A DNA stretch of 64,000 nucleotides, taken from a virus. Taxonomy: Duplodnaviria; Caudoviricetes. Location: the IMG/VR virus record IMGVR_UViG_3300025889_000070. The stretch is one strand, 5' to 3'. Position 1 is the stretch's first letter. Every line of letters starts with the position of its first letter. The notes beneath the pieces are model-generated. The model had not been told where the DNA came from, ran no database searches, and worked only from the letters and a program-made list of their open reading frames with translations. A program made the translations under genes and the position numbers. Of the stretch, positions 45,971 through 55,198 are shown piece after piece.

Positions 45971-47728
45971 ATGACCAATCCTACACAAATTCGTAAATAT
46001 ATAAATATTTTACTAGAAGCTACTCAGTCTTCTAACTTAAAACAAAATTATGAAAAGTTGCTAGCAACCCTAGAATTAACACCAGGCAGCGATGAAGGAT
46101 TCTTTGGCAGAAATTTTCGTAACAATCGTAACAATGAAAAACTAGCTCAGTTTGCAAGAGATAATAATTTACCTGGCATGTTTAATCCTGAAACTGGTCG
46201 TTTTGTCAAGTTCGGTGAAGACCCCGAAGGCGCCGGGCCCACTGATACAGTTGATGATGCTGCACTCGCTAGTATGGATGATCTAGAACAACTAGCGGCT
46301 ATTGGAGCTCTCCCTGCTAATGTAGTAGACGAGCTTAATCAGGAAGTAGAATATTATGATACTGGAGAAAGAAGTTTATCCAGAAGAGATATTTTAGGTA
46401 ATATTTTTGGTGATCCAAATCCCGAGTATAGAGACAGACTTTTAGGCATTCTTAAGAAAAATCAAGGAGGTGCTAAGAAAGACGTCCAACCTAAAAGTAA
46501 ATCCCAACCTAACAAAGAACTAGACATAGGCGCTGATAAAGATATGCCCAAGGGTGGAACTGCTCCGGTTAGCCCTGTACAAGGACCTGAGGAACTACCT
46601 GACCTTCCACCTAACCCCCTGGATGCACCTGAGGCACCATCAAGCGCAGGAAGTAAACCAGATGATATTCCAGCTAGCCCCCTGGATGCACCTGAGGCAC
46701 CATCAAGCGCAGGAAGTAAACCAGATGATATTCCAGCTAGCCCCATGGATGCACCAGATGCAGCATCAAGCGCAAGAAGTAAACCCGATCCTAATGTAAA
46801 TCCTTTAGCAAATAAACCAGGCGATTATACTGGTGCAGATGGTATAGAAGATATGGGCACAGGAATGTTTGTTAAGCCTGAGCCTTCTAATAAAGAACTA
46901 GACATAGACGCTGATAAGGCTATTAAACCTAAAAAAGCATCATTATCCTCTGAACCAGACCCATCAAGTAAATATTTCGGAAAGAGCGGACATATGGGCC
47001 AAAAGAGCAAGGCAGAAATAAAGGCTCTTCAAACACAACTTAAAAACGCAGGGTATAATCCTGGCGACGCAGATGGTATTATAGGCAAGAATACAACGGC
47101 TGCGATCAAAAAATTACAAAGGGATTCCGGAATAGCAGTTGATGGATTATTTGGTAAAGATTCCCTGAATGCATTAGCACAAAAATTGCGTAATGATTCT
47201 ACAATTAAAGAACAAATGGAAACATTTCTTAATGAAGGACCAGAGGAGAAAAAAGCTGTAGTAGACGCAATTAGAAAATTAGGCACTACTGATGAAGTAA
47301 GACAGTGGATGGGTCAACAAGGACATAATCTAGATAATATGTCAGATGATGAAGTTGTTAGCAATATTATTAGACCTTACTATAAAGCAGCAATGATGGG
47401 CGGTATTCAAGCAAAAAGAATGGGAATAGATCCTAAAAAAATTGATTCTCTTGTAAGTCAAGCTAAGAACATGCTTCCATTAGCTGGTTTAGCTCAGCTG
47501 GTCGGATACAAGCCCAGTGTTGGTTTGCGTGGTAAAGTGACTACGCCTGGTTTGGACAAAGTTAGACCTGCTGTGATTGACGTTGATCCAAGTGCTAGTG
47601 ATGTTCAAACAGCGGTTGATGTTTATGATAAATTGCGTGGAAATTTTCCAAAAGCAGCAGATATGTTTGACCAGGGAGAATATAAAAACGCCATCTATCA
47701 AATATATAAACGCATGGCAGACAAGTAA
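45971..47728 (+). CDS. Modular protein with Pro-rich repeats and a peptidoglycan-binding (PG_binding_1) domain
   Basis: IKALQTQLKNAGY.PG.ADGIIGKNTTAAIKKLQ...GIAVDGLFG; LLE|A and LNE|G sites. Confidence 0.75.
   Translation: MTNPTQIRKYINILLEATQSSNLKQNYEKLLATLELTPGSDEGFFGRNFRNNRNNEKLAQFARDNNLPGMFNPETGRFVKFGEDPEGAGPTDTVDDAALASMDDLEQLAAIGALPANVVDELNQEVEYYDTGERSLSRRDILGNIFGDPNPEYRDRLLGILKKNQGGAKKDVQPKSKSQPNKELDIGADKDMPKGGTAPVSPVQGPEELPDLPPNPLDAPEAPSSAGSKPDDIPASPLDAPEAPSSAGSKPDDIPASPMDAPDAASSARSKPDPNVNPLANKPGDYTGADGIEDMGTGMFVKPEPSNKELDIDADKAIKPKKASLSSEPDPSSKYFGKSGHMGQKSKAEIKALQTQLKNAGYNPGDADGIIGKNTTAAIKKLQRDSGIAVDGLFGKDSLNALAQKLRNDSTIKEQMETFLNEGPEEKKAVVDAIRKLGTTDEVRQWMGQQGHNLDNMSDDEVVSNIIRPYYKAAMMGGIQAKRMGIDPKKIDSLVSQAKNMLPLAGLAQLVGYKPSVGLRGKVTTPGLDKVRPAVIDVDPSASDVQTAVDVYDKLRGNFPKAADMFDQGEYKNAIYQIYKRMADK
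46615..46786 (+). repeat. Coding tandem repeat, about 2.7 x 63 bp (PLDAPEAPSSAGSKPDDIPAS)
   Basis: Units start at 46615, 46678 and 46741. Confidence 0.93.
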
Positions 47729-47739
47729 TAAGAGTTATT

Positions 47740-48132
47740 ATGCGTTTTACAGAAATTATAGAGGGCAAAAAAGATGCTTGCTATCGCAAAGTAAAATCAC
47801 GCTACAAAGTATGGCCCAGTGCATATGCTAGCGGTGCTCTTGTAAAGTGTCGCAAGGTTGGTGCTAAAAACTGGGGAAATAAGACCCAGGAAGATGTACA
47901 AGAAGATTTACAGAAGTGGTTTAAAGAAAAGTGGGTACGTTTTGGACCTGATGGTAAGATCCGTGGAGACTGTGCTAGAGATAATGACAGTGAAGGTAAA
48001 CCCAAGTGTTTACCACAGAAAAAAGCACATGCACTAGGTAAAAAGGGACGTAAGAAAGCAGCCAGTAGAAAGCGCAGAGAAGATCCTAAAAAGAACAGAC
48101 GCGGCAAGGCAAAGAATGTGAAAACAAAATGA
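47740..48132 (+). CDS. Highly basic two-module protein with Cys pairs
   Basis: MRFTEIIE|G; KKDACYRKVK..WPSAYASGALVKCRK; VQE|D; KWFKEKW..C..PKCLP. Confidence 0.75.
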   Translation: MRFTEIIEGKKDACYRKVKSRYKVWPSAYASGALVKCRKVGAKNWGNKTQEDVQEDLQKWFKEKWVRFGPDGKIRGDCARDNDSEGKPKCLPQKKAHALGKKGRKKAASRKRREDPKKNRRGKAKNVKTK

Positions 48133-48686
48133 GATTTTCAGAAATTATACACAAACCCTCACCAGTTGAACTAGCAATTAAAGAACATATTGCTCAGTGC
48201 GTTCCTTTTAGTGAATGCATGTTCCGTCCGGGTAGTCGAGCATTTACAGAGTTTTATACTCGTGTGCGTGAGATGCGTGAAAGCCTTGACCTAGATTGGC
48301 AGGATCAAGAACTACTTGATACAGACATTGGTGAATGCATTGTGGTAGAGGGTGAGCGTGTTCCTCTTGATGTTCCTATTGCCGAAGAAGTTGAACTTGA
48401 TGAAGCAGAGTATCAAGGACGCAAAGTTAAACTAAATTCACCCAAGCGTGGCGGTTCTAAGAAGTATTACGTATACGTAAAGAATCCCAAAACTGGCAAA
48501 GTTAAAAAAGTTAGCTGGGGTGACACAACTGGTTTAAGTACCAAGGCTAAAAACCGTGGCGCAGTTCGTAGTTTTGTAGCCAGACATAAATGTAAACAAA
48601 AAAACGATAAAACTAAAGCAGGATACTGGGCATGTCGTACACCACGTTATAAAGCACTTGGTGTCAAAGGCGGACAGTGGTGGTGA
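48129..48686 (+). CDS. Two-module protein with basic C-terminal domain
   Basis: MRFSEII; LDE|AEYQGRKVKLN..KKVSWGD..ARHKC..GYWAC. Confidence 0.75.
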   Translation: MRFSEIIHKPSPVELAIKEHIAQCVPFSECMFRPGSRAFTEFYTRVREMRESLDLDWQDQELLDTDIGECIVVEGERVPLDVPIAEEVELDEAEYQGRKVKLNSPKRGGSKKYYVYVKNPKTGKVKKVSWGDTTGLSTKAKNRGAVRSFVARHKCKQKNDKTKAGYWACRTPRYKALGVKGGQWW

Positions 48687-48946
48687 AACCTTACACTGAA
48701 CAAGTAAGGCACAACACAAGAACCCGTAAATTTTCTACACTTACAGAAAGCGATGAACTTGTCTGGCACAGAGATGCTACTGATAGAGAGGTTCACGTGC
48801 TTGAAGGCCTGGGGTGGCATTTTCAGATGGATAATGAATTGCCCGTACCACTAAATCCTGGCGACGTAATACATATACCCAGAGAAACTTATCATCGTAT
48901 TATAAAAGGCAAAACAGATCTTACTGTAAAAATTATAGATAAATAA
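48677..48946 (+). CDS. Cupin-fold protein
   Basis: WHRD...EVHV..G; GDVIHIP..TYHR. Confidence 0.75.
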   Translation: MVVKPYTEQVRHNTRTRKFSTLTESDELVWHRDATDREVHVLEGLGWHFQMDNELPVPLNPGDVIHIPRETYHRIIKGKTDLTVKIIDK

Positions 48947-48968
48947 GGATAAAGACGGGAATTTTGCT

Positions 48969-49295
48969 ATGACTACTTCTTTAGATATTCGTAAAACTAT
49001 AACAATGCTAGAAAAAACTGGCATGGAATATGTAGCCAATAGAGATTTTATAAAAGTTCTCCAAACAATCAAAGATGGAATAACTTACACTCTGGGCAAT
49101 GTAGAGCACGATGATGGCGATGTTAAGAAAAATAGTTATAGTATATATAAAAAAGTAAGAGATGGTGGATTTGAATATAATGATAAGTTTTTTCCTCAGG
49201 AATTCTATGTTGAGGTAGAACCATTACGTGTAAGTGGCTATGCTAAAATGCCAGAAGTGCAACAAGCGTTTTCAAAATGGGTAGAAGAAAATTAA
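48969..49295 (+). CDS. Hypothetical protein
   Basis: Late motif 48939-48945; IRKTITMLE N-terminus. Confidence 0.65.
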   Translation: MTTSLDIRKTITMLEKTGMEYVANRDFIKVLQTIKDGITYTLGNVEHDDGDVKKNSYSIYKKVRDGGFEYNDKFFPQEFYVEVEPLRVSGYAKMPEVQQAFSKWVEEN

Positions 49296-49313
49296 AAATA
49301 TTAGGAAATCTAC

Positions 49314-49793
49314 ATGGAGAATTTAAACAAACCATTTCTAAAATGGTGGATCCAGTTTGTGTGTATTAGTTTTGGTGTTGTTGTAGCATTTGAACTAGGC
49401 TGGTGGCATGCCCTTTACCAATCAGATATTACCAAAATTAGTTTAGCCATTCTTGCTATTTTTTGTTTAACAACTTTACTTACTGGTTATATAAGTAAAA
49501 ATTTCCAAAAACAAAAAATAAAACGCCTAGGCAACTACGCATGGTTTTCCAGCGAAGCTATGATAACACTGGGAATGATTGGAACGGTTGCTGGATTTTT
49601 AATAATGCTAGGCGGTGCTTTCTCTAGTATTAACGTAAATGATGTAGTTAGTGTTCAAAACGCTATTAGTAAAATGGCTGTGGGTATGAGTACAGCTCTT
49701 AGTACAACTCTTGTAGGACTAATTTGTAGTGTATTAACCAAAGTACAAATGGTTATCCTAGAAAATAGCTGGGAAGATGGCGGAGAGAAGTAG
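49314..49793 (+). CDS. MotA/TolQ/ExbB proton-channel family protein
   Basis: TLGMIGTVAGF and GMSTALSTTLVGL TM motifs. Confidence 0.85.
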   Translation: MENLNKPFLKWWIQFVCISFGVVVAFELGWWHALYQSDITKISLAILAIFCLTTLLTGYISKNFQKQKIKRLGNYAWFSSEAMITLGMIGTVAGFLIMLGGAFSSINVNDVVSVQNAISKMAVGMSTALSTTLVGLICSVLTKVQMVILENSWEDGGEK

Positions 49794-50403
49794 ATACAGG
49801 ACTAACTTTGCTTTTATAGACTTACTGTTTAATTTATTGGTAGGTATCACACTACTATTCTTTTTAGCATTTATACTTATAAATCCAGTAGCAAAAAAGA
49901 AAGATATAGAAGCTAAAGCAGAATATCTAATAACCATGACCTGGCCGGAACGCAATGAGGACGATATTGATATATGGGTAATGGATAACCAAAAACATAT
50001 AGTGAGTTTCCGGAACAAAGACAATGCTTTAATATCACTGGATAGAGATGATTTGGGCACAAGGAATGACGAGTTTATAGAACACAGTACCAAAAAAGTT
50101 ATAAGGATATATCAGAATAGAGAAGTTATTAGCATACGATCCAAGGACCCTAGAAGATATCTTGTCACAGTTCACAAATACATGAATACTAGCAAGGAGC
50201 CTACTCATATAACTATTGAACTTACAGAAATAAATCCATATAAAATACACATTGTAAAAAAGCTAGTACTAGATCATATGGGAGACGAAAAACAAGCCTT
50301 TGAATTTGAAGTAATGCCTGATGGCAGTACCATTGTTGAAGAAACTGAGAGACTAGTAATTAATGACCCAAAATTAGGAATTTTAAATCAGGTTGGTAGA
50401 TAA
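49777..50403 (+). CDS. ExbD/TolR/MotB-like single-pass partner with a different periplasmic domain
   Basis: N-terminal TM FAFIDLLFNLL with the conserved Asp; overlaps the MotA-like gene. Confidence 0.65.
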   Translation: MAERSRYRTNFAFIDLLFNLLVGITLLFFLAFILINPVAKKKDIEAKAEYLITMTWPERNEDDIDIWVMDNQKHIVSFRNKDNALISLDRDDLGTRNDEFIEHSTKKVIRIYQNREVISIRSKDPRRYLVTVHKYMNTSKEPTHITIELTEINPYKIHIVKKLVLDHMGDEKQAFEFEVMPDGSTIVEETERLVINDPKLGILNQVGR

Positions 50404-50885
50404 TGTTTGACTTTAGTTTTAATTCTACGATATTACTTTTTATATGGACAGCAGCAGGTATTGTCTGCTTAATACCTATGTTACTCAAGGAGACATGGAA
50501 AAAGTATTTGATTGTACCTACTGTATTCTTTGCCGTGTATGCTAGCTTTATTACAAACAAAGAATTTTTAGGCACACCACTGTACCAACTTCCAGAAGGA
50601 GAATTTGTTTACCTAGGTCATAGAATAACTACAGAAAATAAAAAGAAATACATTACACTATGGGCTATTGTTGATAACAAGGAAAGACTATATTACTTTG
50701 CTAGTAACAATCAACAACAAAAAGAATTATCCAAAAGTAGAACACGTAGCAGTAATGGTCTAGTTCAGCTAGGCAAATTTAAACCTAAAAAACCTATTAA
50801 TAATGTGGAAGATACAAAATTTGCTGAACTACAAACCTATGACTTTCCGTTTCAGGAAAAATTTCCTAAAAATCCAGTTGACTAA
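50403..50885 (+). CDS. Two-TM membrane protein, third gene of the MotA-like cluster
   Basis: Two N-terminal hydrophobic helices; TAATG coupling. Confidence 0.65.
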   Translation: MFDFSFNSTILLFIWTAAGIVCLIPMLLKETWKKYLIVPTVFFAVYASFITNKEFLGTPLYQLPEGEFVYLGHRITTENKKKYITLWAIVDNKERLYYFASNNQQQKELSKSRTRSSNGLVQLGKFKPKKPINNVEDTKFAELQTYDFPFQEKFPKNPVD

Positions 50886-50906
50886 ACTAACACTGTGTAA
50901 TATAAT
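50878..50906 (+). promoter_or_regulatory. Sigma70-type early promoter
   Basis: TTGACT (50878-50883), 17 nt, TATAAT (50901-50906). Confidence 0.8.
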
Positions 50907-50928
50907 ACATTATCATAAGGAGTTATCA

Positions 50929-51195
50929 ATGAGCGATAGTGATAGAGTTTTTAGCCAAGAAGAGAAATCAAAACTAACACAACTAATTAACGAGGGTCTT
51001 ACTGTTTTACAGGAAGTTGATGATTTAAACGAAGGTCTCAACGACACAGTAAAAGCTATTGCTGAGGAGATGCAGATCAAGCCAGCAGTGCTAAAAAAAG
51101 CAGTAAAGACCGCATACAAAGCAGACTTTGCCAAGCATAGTGAAGATCTAGCAGCCCTGGAAAATATCTTAGCCACAGTTGGCAAACTTCAGTGA
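50929..51195 (+). CDS. Small dsDNA-binding protein (T4 DsbA/GapR-like)
   Basis: AAGGAG RBS; helical 88 aa with IKPAVLKKAVK; start ATG 50929. Confidence 0.6.
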   Translation: MSDSDRVFSQEEKSKLTQLINEGLTVLQEVDDLNEGLNDTVKAIAEEMQIKPAVLKKAVKTAYKADFAKHSEDLAALENILATVGKLQ

Positions 51196-51416
51196 CACAA
51201 CAGAAGCCCTACCAGCTACTTGCATGGTTAGGTACAGCTACTATTTTAATTGGATCAGTTCTTGCGGCCTTTAACATTTATCCTGTATACTTGTATGTGT
51301 TCCTGGTTGCTAATGGCATCTGGGCAACAGTAGGCTGGTTATGGCGAGAGCAGAGCTTGGTTATTTTAAACGCGGGAATAACAGTAGTTTATCTTCTCGG
51401 GCTGTACTTTAAATAA
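51192..51416 (+). CDS. Small membrane protein (GTG start)
   Basis: Three short hydrophobic segments. Confidence 0.6.
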   Translation: MTQQKPYQLLAWLGTATILIGSVLAAFNIYPVYLYVFLVANGIWATVGWLWREQSLVILNAGITVVYLLGLYFK

Positions 51417-51437
51417 TTGTGGGAAATATATATATAA

Positions 51438-54089
51438 ATGTATGTCGACGCTCATTTTGATCGAGACCATGATAGAATTAACATAGTAGAGCGTGTAGGG
51501 GGTAGAAGAGAGTATCGCGAATTCCCTGTTAACTACATATTCTACTACAATGATCCGCGTGGTAAACACAGGACAATCTATGGCAATCCTGTAAGTAGGT
51601 TTAGCACCAGAAATGGAAAAGAGTTCCAAAAAGAACTTAAGATTCATGGCAAGCATGGACTCTGGGAAAGTGATATTAATCCAGTATTCAGATGTTTAGC
51701 GGAAAACTATCTAGGTTCAGATGCTCCAAAACTAAACGTAGCATTTTTTGACATTGAAGTGGACTTTGACCCTGAGCGTGGATATAGCACGCCTGATGAT
51801 CCTTTTAATACTATTACAGCAATTACAGTATACATGGATTGGCTTAACCGACTTGTAACGCTGGCTATTCCACCCAAGAGTATGAGTATACAAACTGCCC
51901 AGGAAACTGTTGCTGACTTTGATAATACATTCTTATTTGAACGTGAAGATAATTTACTAGAAGCATTCTTGGACTTGATTGAAGATGCAGATATCCTCAG
52001 TGGTTGGAACAGTGAGGGTTATGATATTCCCTACACAGTTAACAGGATTACCAGAGTACTCAGCAAGGATGATACCAGACGTTTCTGCTTATGGGGACAG
52101 TATCCAAAGCAGCGGACGTTTGAAAGATTTGGCGCAGAAAATATTACCTTTGATTTAATTGGCAGGCAGCATTTAGATTACATGCAACTGTACCGCAAAT
52201 ACACATATCATGAGATGCACAGTTACAGTTTAGATGCTATCGGTGAATATGAACTCAATGAACGTAAGGTTACCTACGAAGGTACATTGGATCAACTATA
52301 TAATCAAGACTTTTATACATTCATTGACTATAACAGACAAGACACAATGCTGTTACATAAGTTGGATACTAAACTAAAATTTATTGATTTGGCAAACGAA
52401 CTTGCTCATGCTAACACTGTGTTATTACCAACTACCATGGGCGCGGTAGCTGTTACAGAACAGGCTATTATTAACCATGCACACGAACAAGGATTGGTTG
52501 TCCCTAACAAGAAAAAGCCGGACGAAAATCATAATAAAGCAGCAGGTGCTTATGTAGCCAAGCCCAAGGTCGGACTACATGACTGGATTGGCAGTATTGA
52601 CTTAAACAGTCTGTATCCCAGTGTTATCAGAGCACTAAACATGGCTCCTGAAACTATTGTAGGGCAACTACGTCCAGTTATAACTGATAAATCTATCCAA
52701 GCAGTGCTAGCACAAAAAGGCACATTTAGTGATGCCTGGGATGGCGAGTTTGGTAGTAAAGAATATCAAGCAGTCATGAACATGGAAGTGGGCACTGAGA
52801 TCACTATTGACTGGGAGAGTGGCGATAGTGATATATTAAGCGCAGCAGATACATGGCGGTTAATCTTTGACAGCAACAATCCCTGGATACTAAGTGCTAA
52901 CGGTACAATACTAACCTATGAAAAGAAGGGCATTGTTCCCGGGTTGCTGGAACGCTGGTATGCTGAACGTAAAGAACTACAGGCAAAGATGCGTGAAGCA
53001 ACTGGGGAGGAACGTGCTTTCTGGGACAAGCGACAGCTGGTAAAGAAAATTAACTTGAACAGTTTGTATGGCGCCATCCTAAATCCATACTGCCGCTTCT
53101 TTGATCATCGTATTGGCCAAAGCACTACACTGACTGGTAGATGTATTGCTAAACACATGAGCGCACAGGTTAACAAATTACTTACTGACAAATATGATCA
53201 TCAGGGAGATTGTATTATCTATGGTGACACAGACAGTGTGTACTTTAGTGCCTGGCCGGTGATACAAGAACAAGTAGAATCTGGCAAAATGAAATGGGGC
53301 AAAGACGAATGCATTCAACTTTATGACCAACTTGGTGAAGCAGTTAACGAAACATTCGCAGCGTTTATGGAACGTGCTTTTCATTGTCCAAGAAGCTATG
53401 GTGAAATTATTGCTGCGGCTAGAGAAATTGTAGCAACCAAGGGCTTGTATATTACCAAGAAACGCTATGCTGCTCTGGTTATTGACACAGAGGGTTTCCG
53501 CAGTGACATGGACGGCAAGCCAGGCAAAGTTAAAGCCATGGGACTTGATCTCAAGCGCAGTGATACACCCAAGTATATGCAGGACTTTCTCATGGAATTG
53601 CTGATTGATGTGCTTACTGGCAAGCAAGAAGATCATATTGTAGAACGTATTAAAGATTTTAAATACCAATTCAAGGACAAACCAGGCTGGGAAAAAGGCA
53701 CACCCAAGCGTGTTAACAACCTAACAATGTATAGTGCTAGAGAACGTGCAGAAGGTAAAACAAACATGCCGGGACATGTAAGGGCAGCAATGAACTGGAA
53801 CTATCTACGCAAACTTCATGGCGACAACTACAGCCAGCAAATAGTAGATGGCATGAAAACCATTGTGTGTAAACTTAAAGATAATCCACTGGGATATACA
53901 AGTGTAGGCTATCCAACAGATGAGACTACACTTCCTAAATGGTTCAAAGACCTGCCTTTCGATGAGAGTGCCATGGAAGATGCTATCGTAGATCAAAAGA
54001 TAGACAACTTGCTCAGCGAGCTAAACTGGAATCTTAAAGAAAAAACACAGACCAAGAATACATTTGACGATTTGTTTACGTTTGGATAA
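51438..54089 (+). CDS. Family B DNA polymerase (T4 gp43-like)
   Basis: FFDIEVD and WNSEGYD exonuclease motifs; SIDLNSLYPS, KKINLNSLYG, YGDTDS polymerase motifs. Confidence 0.97.
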   Translation: MYVDAHFDRDHDRINIVERVGGRREYREFPVNYIFYYNDPRGKHRTIYGNPVSRFSTRNGKEFQKELKIHGKHGLWESDINPVFRCLAENYLGSDAPKLNVAFFDIEVDFDPERGYSTPDDPFNTITAITVYMDWLNRLVTLAIPPKSMSIQTAQETVADFDNTFLFEREDNLLEAFLDLIEDADILSGWNSEGYDIPYTVNRITRVLSKDDTRRFCLWGQYPKQRTFERFGAENITFDLIGRQHLDYMQLYRKYTYHEMHSYSLDAIGEYELNERKVTYEGTLDQLYNQDFYTFIDYNRQDTMLLHKLDTKLKFIDLANELAHANTVLLPTTMGAVAVTEQAIINHAHEQGLVVPNKKKPDENHNKAAGAYVAKPKVGLHDWIGSIDLNSLYPSVIRALNMAPETIVGQLRPVITDKSIQAVLAQKGTFSDAWDGEFGSKEYQAVMNMEVGTEITIDWESGDSDILSAADTWRLIFDSNNPWILSANGTILTYEKKGIVPGLLERWYAERKELQAKMREATGEERAFWDKRQLVKKINLNSLYGAILNPYCRFFDHRIGQSTTLTGRCIAKHMSAQVNKLLTDKYDHQGDCIIYGDTDSVYFSAWPVIQEQVESGKMKWGKDECIQLYDQLGEAVNETFAAFMERAFHCPRSYGEIIAAAREIVATKGLYITKKRYAALVIDTEGFRSDMDGKPGKVKAMGLDLKRSDTPKYMQDFLMELLIDVLTGKQEDHIVERIKDFKYQFKDKPGWEKGTPKRVNNLTMYSARERAEGKTNMPGHVRAAMNWNYLRKLHGDNYSQQIVDGMKTIVCKLKDNPLGYTSVGYPTDETTLPKWFKDLPFDESAMEDAIVDQKIDNLLSELNWNLKEKTQTKNTFDDLFTFG

Positions 54090-54099
54090 TATATGCGTA

Positions 54100-54107
54100 T
54101 ATAAATA
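54100..54107 (+). promoter_or_regulatory. T4-type late promoter consensus
   Basis: Exact TATAAATA just upstream of ORF 54113. Confidence 0.5.
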
Positions 54108-54112
54108 TATGC

Positions 54113-55198
54113 ATGAGCAGACTTCATAAAAAGCATAGTTTACTAGATCTTTTTAAAAGAAGACTGAAAAATTTACCAATTAACTTGGACGATCATTTAT
54201 CCCTGGCGAAAAAAACCGTATCAGATCAAGTTGCTGTATGGAAAGATAATACAAAATATCAAGTTCTTTCTCAACGAATTAGTGAATTAGAGATTGCAAA
54301 AAATAACTATAATTTAGCAGTACAAGAGCTTGATGATGACATAAACAAATTACTACAAGAAAAAGAAAAAAGAATAATACAACGCGACTATAACAGAGTA
54401 AACACCTATGAAGCTGAAAATACAGTACTCAGGAATAGCTGGTTAAGCGCAAAAATAAAAGATGTATGTTCAGGAGTTATACAGGCAAACACATTTTGGC
54501 AGTATGCTAGTTTAGAGATTAATCCCGGAGATGGATGTCTTAGTCAGCTTATGAACGCGGCTGATCCACAGTACTGTATTGTAGCAGATAGCAGTGTTGA
54601 AAAACAGGTTAAGAGTAAATTCAACGAATTTTACAGTACTAGGAGATTAAGGTGTTATTCTAGTTTGGATAAGATACCTGATGCTACAGTAGGTTTTGCT
54701 AGTTGTATTAACTTATATGAATATCTACCCTTGGAAAATATCAAAGAAATTAGCACAACAACTTTTACAAAATTAAAGCCTGGTGGAAAGTTTTTAATAA
54801 CATATAATGACTGTGAGCAAAGATACAGTTTAGAGTTGTTAGATAATGAATTTAGGTGTTTGGCTACCAAAACTCTAATATCCAGTTTACATTTTGGTTT
54901 AGGATATGACGTGTTAGACTCTGGTAACACAGATAACGGTACCTGGAGTTATATGGTGCTACAAAAACCTGGAGAACTTACCAGCCAAAAACTAGCCAGT
55001 CCACAAGTTGAATTTGTTCCTAAATTTGTTCCTTATGCGGTTTGGCCCAGCGAACTACGGGAACTAGTGGAGGCAAAGAAAAGTAGGTCATCGGTTCAAT
55101 GGAGGGGTGATGTTATGGCATATTATCAACCTGCGTGGAACAATCTTAAAACCAGTGTACACAAATATATTGATACTTTTTATCACACAAATAGTTGA
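54113..55198 (+). CDS. Coiled-coil plus SAM methyltransferase-like protein
   Basis: SLEINPGDG motif-I variant; KLKPGGKFLI. Confidence 0.55.
   Translation: MSRLHKKHSLLDLFKRRLKNLPINLDDHLSLAKKTVSDQVAVWKDNTKYQVLSQRISELEIAKNNYNLAVQELDDDINKLLQEKEKRIIQRDYNRVNTYEAENTVLRNSWLSAKIKDVCSGVIQANTFWQYASLEINPGDGCLSQLMNAADPQYCIVADSSVEKQVKSKFNEFYSTRRLRCYSSLDKIPDATVGFASCINLYEYLPLENIKEISTTTFTKLKPGGKFLITYNDCEQRYSLELLDNEFRCLATKTLISSLHFGLGYDVLDSGNTDNGTWSYMVLQKPGELTSQKLASPQVEFVPKFVPYAVWPSELRELVEAKKSRSSVQWRGDVMAYYQPAWNNLKTSVHKYIDTFYHTNS

Noticed and set aside
51438-54089. Intein or intron in the DNA polymerase
   Set aside because: 883 aa with motifs at normal spacing; no Hint or homing-endonuclease motifs
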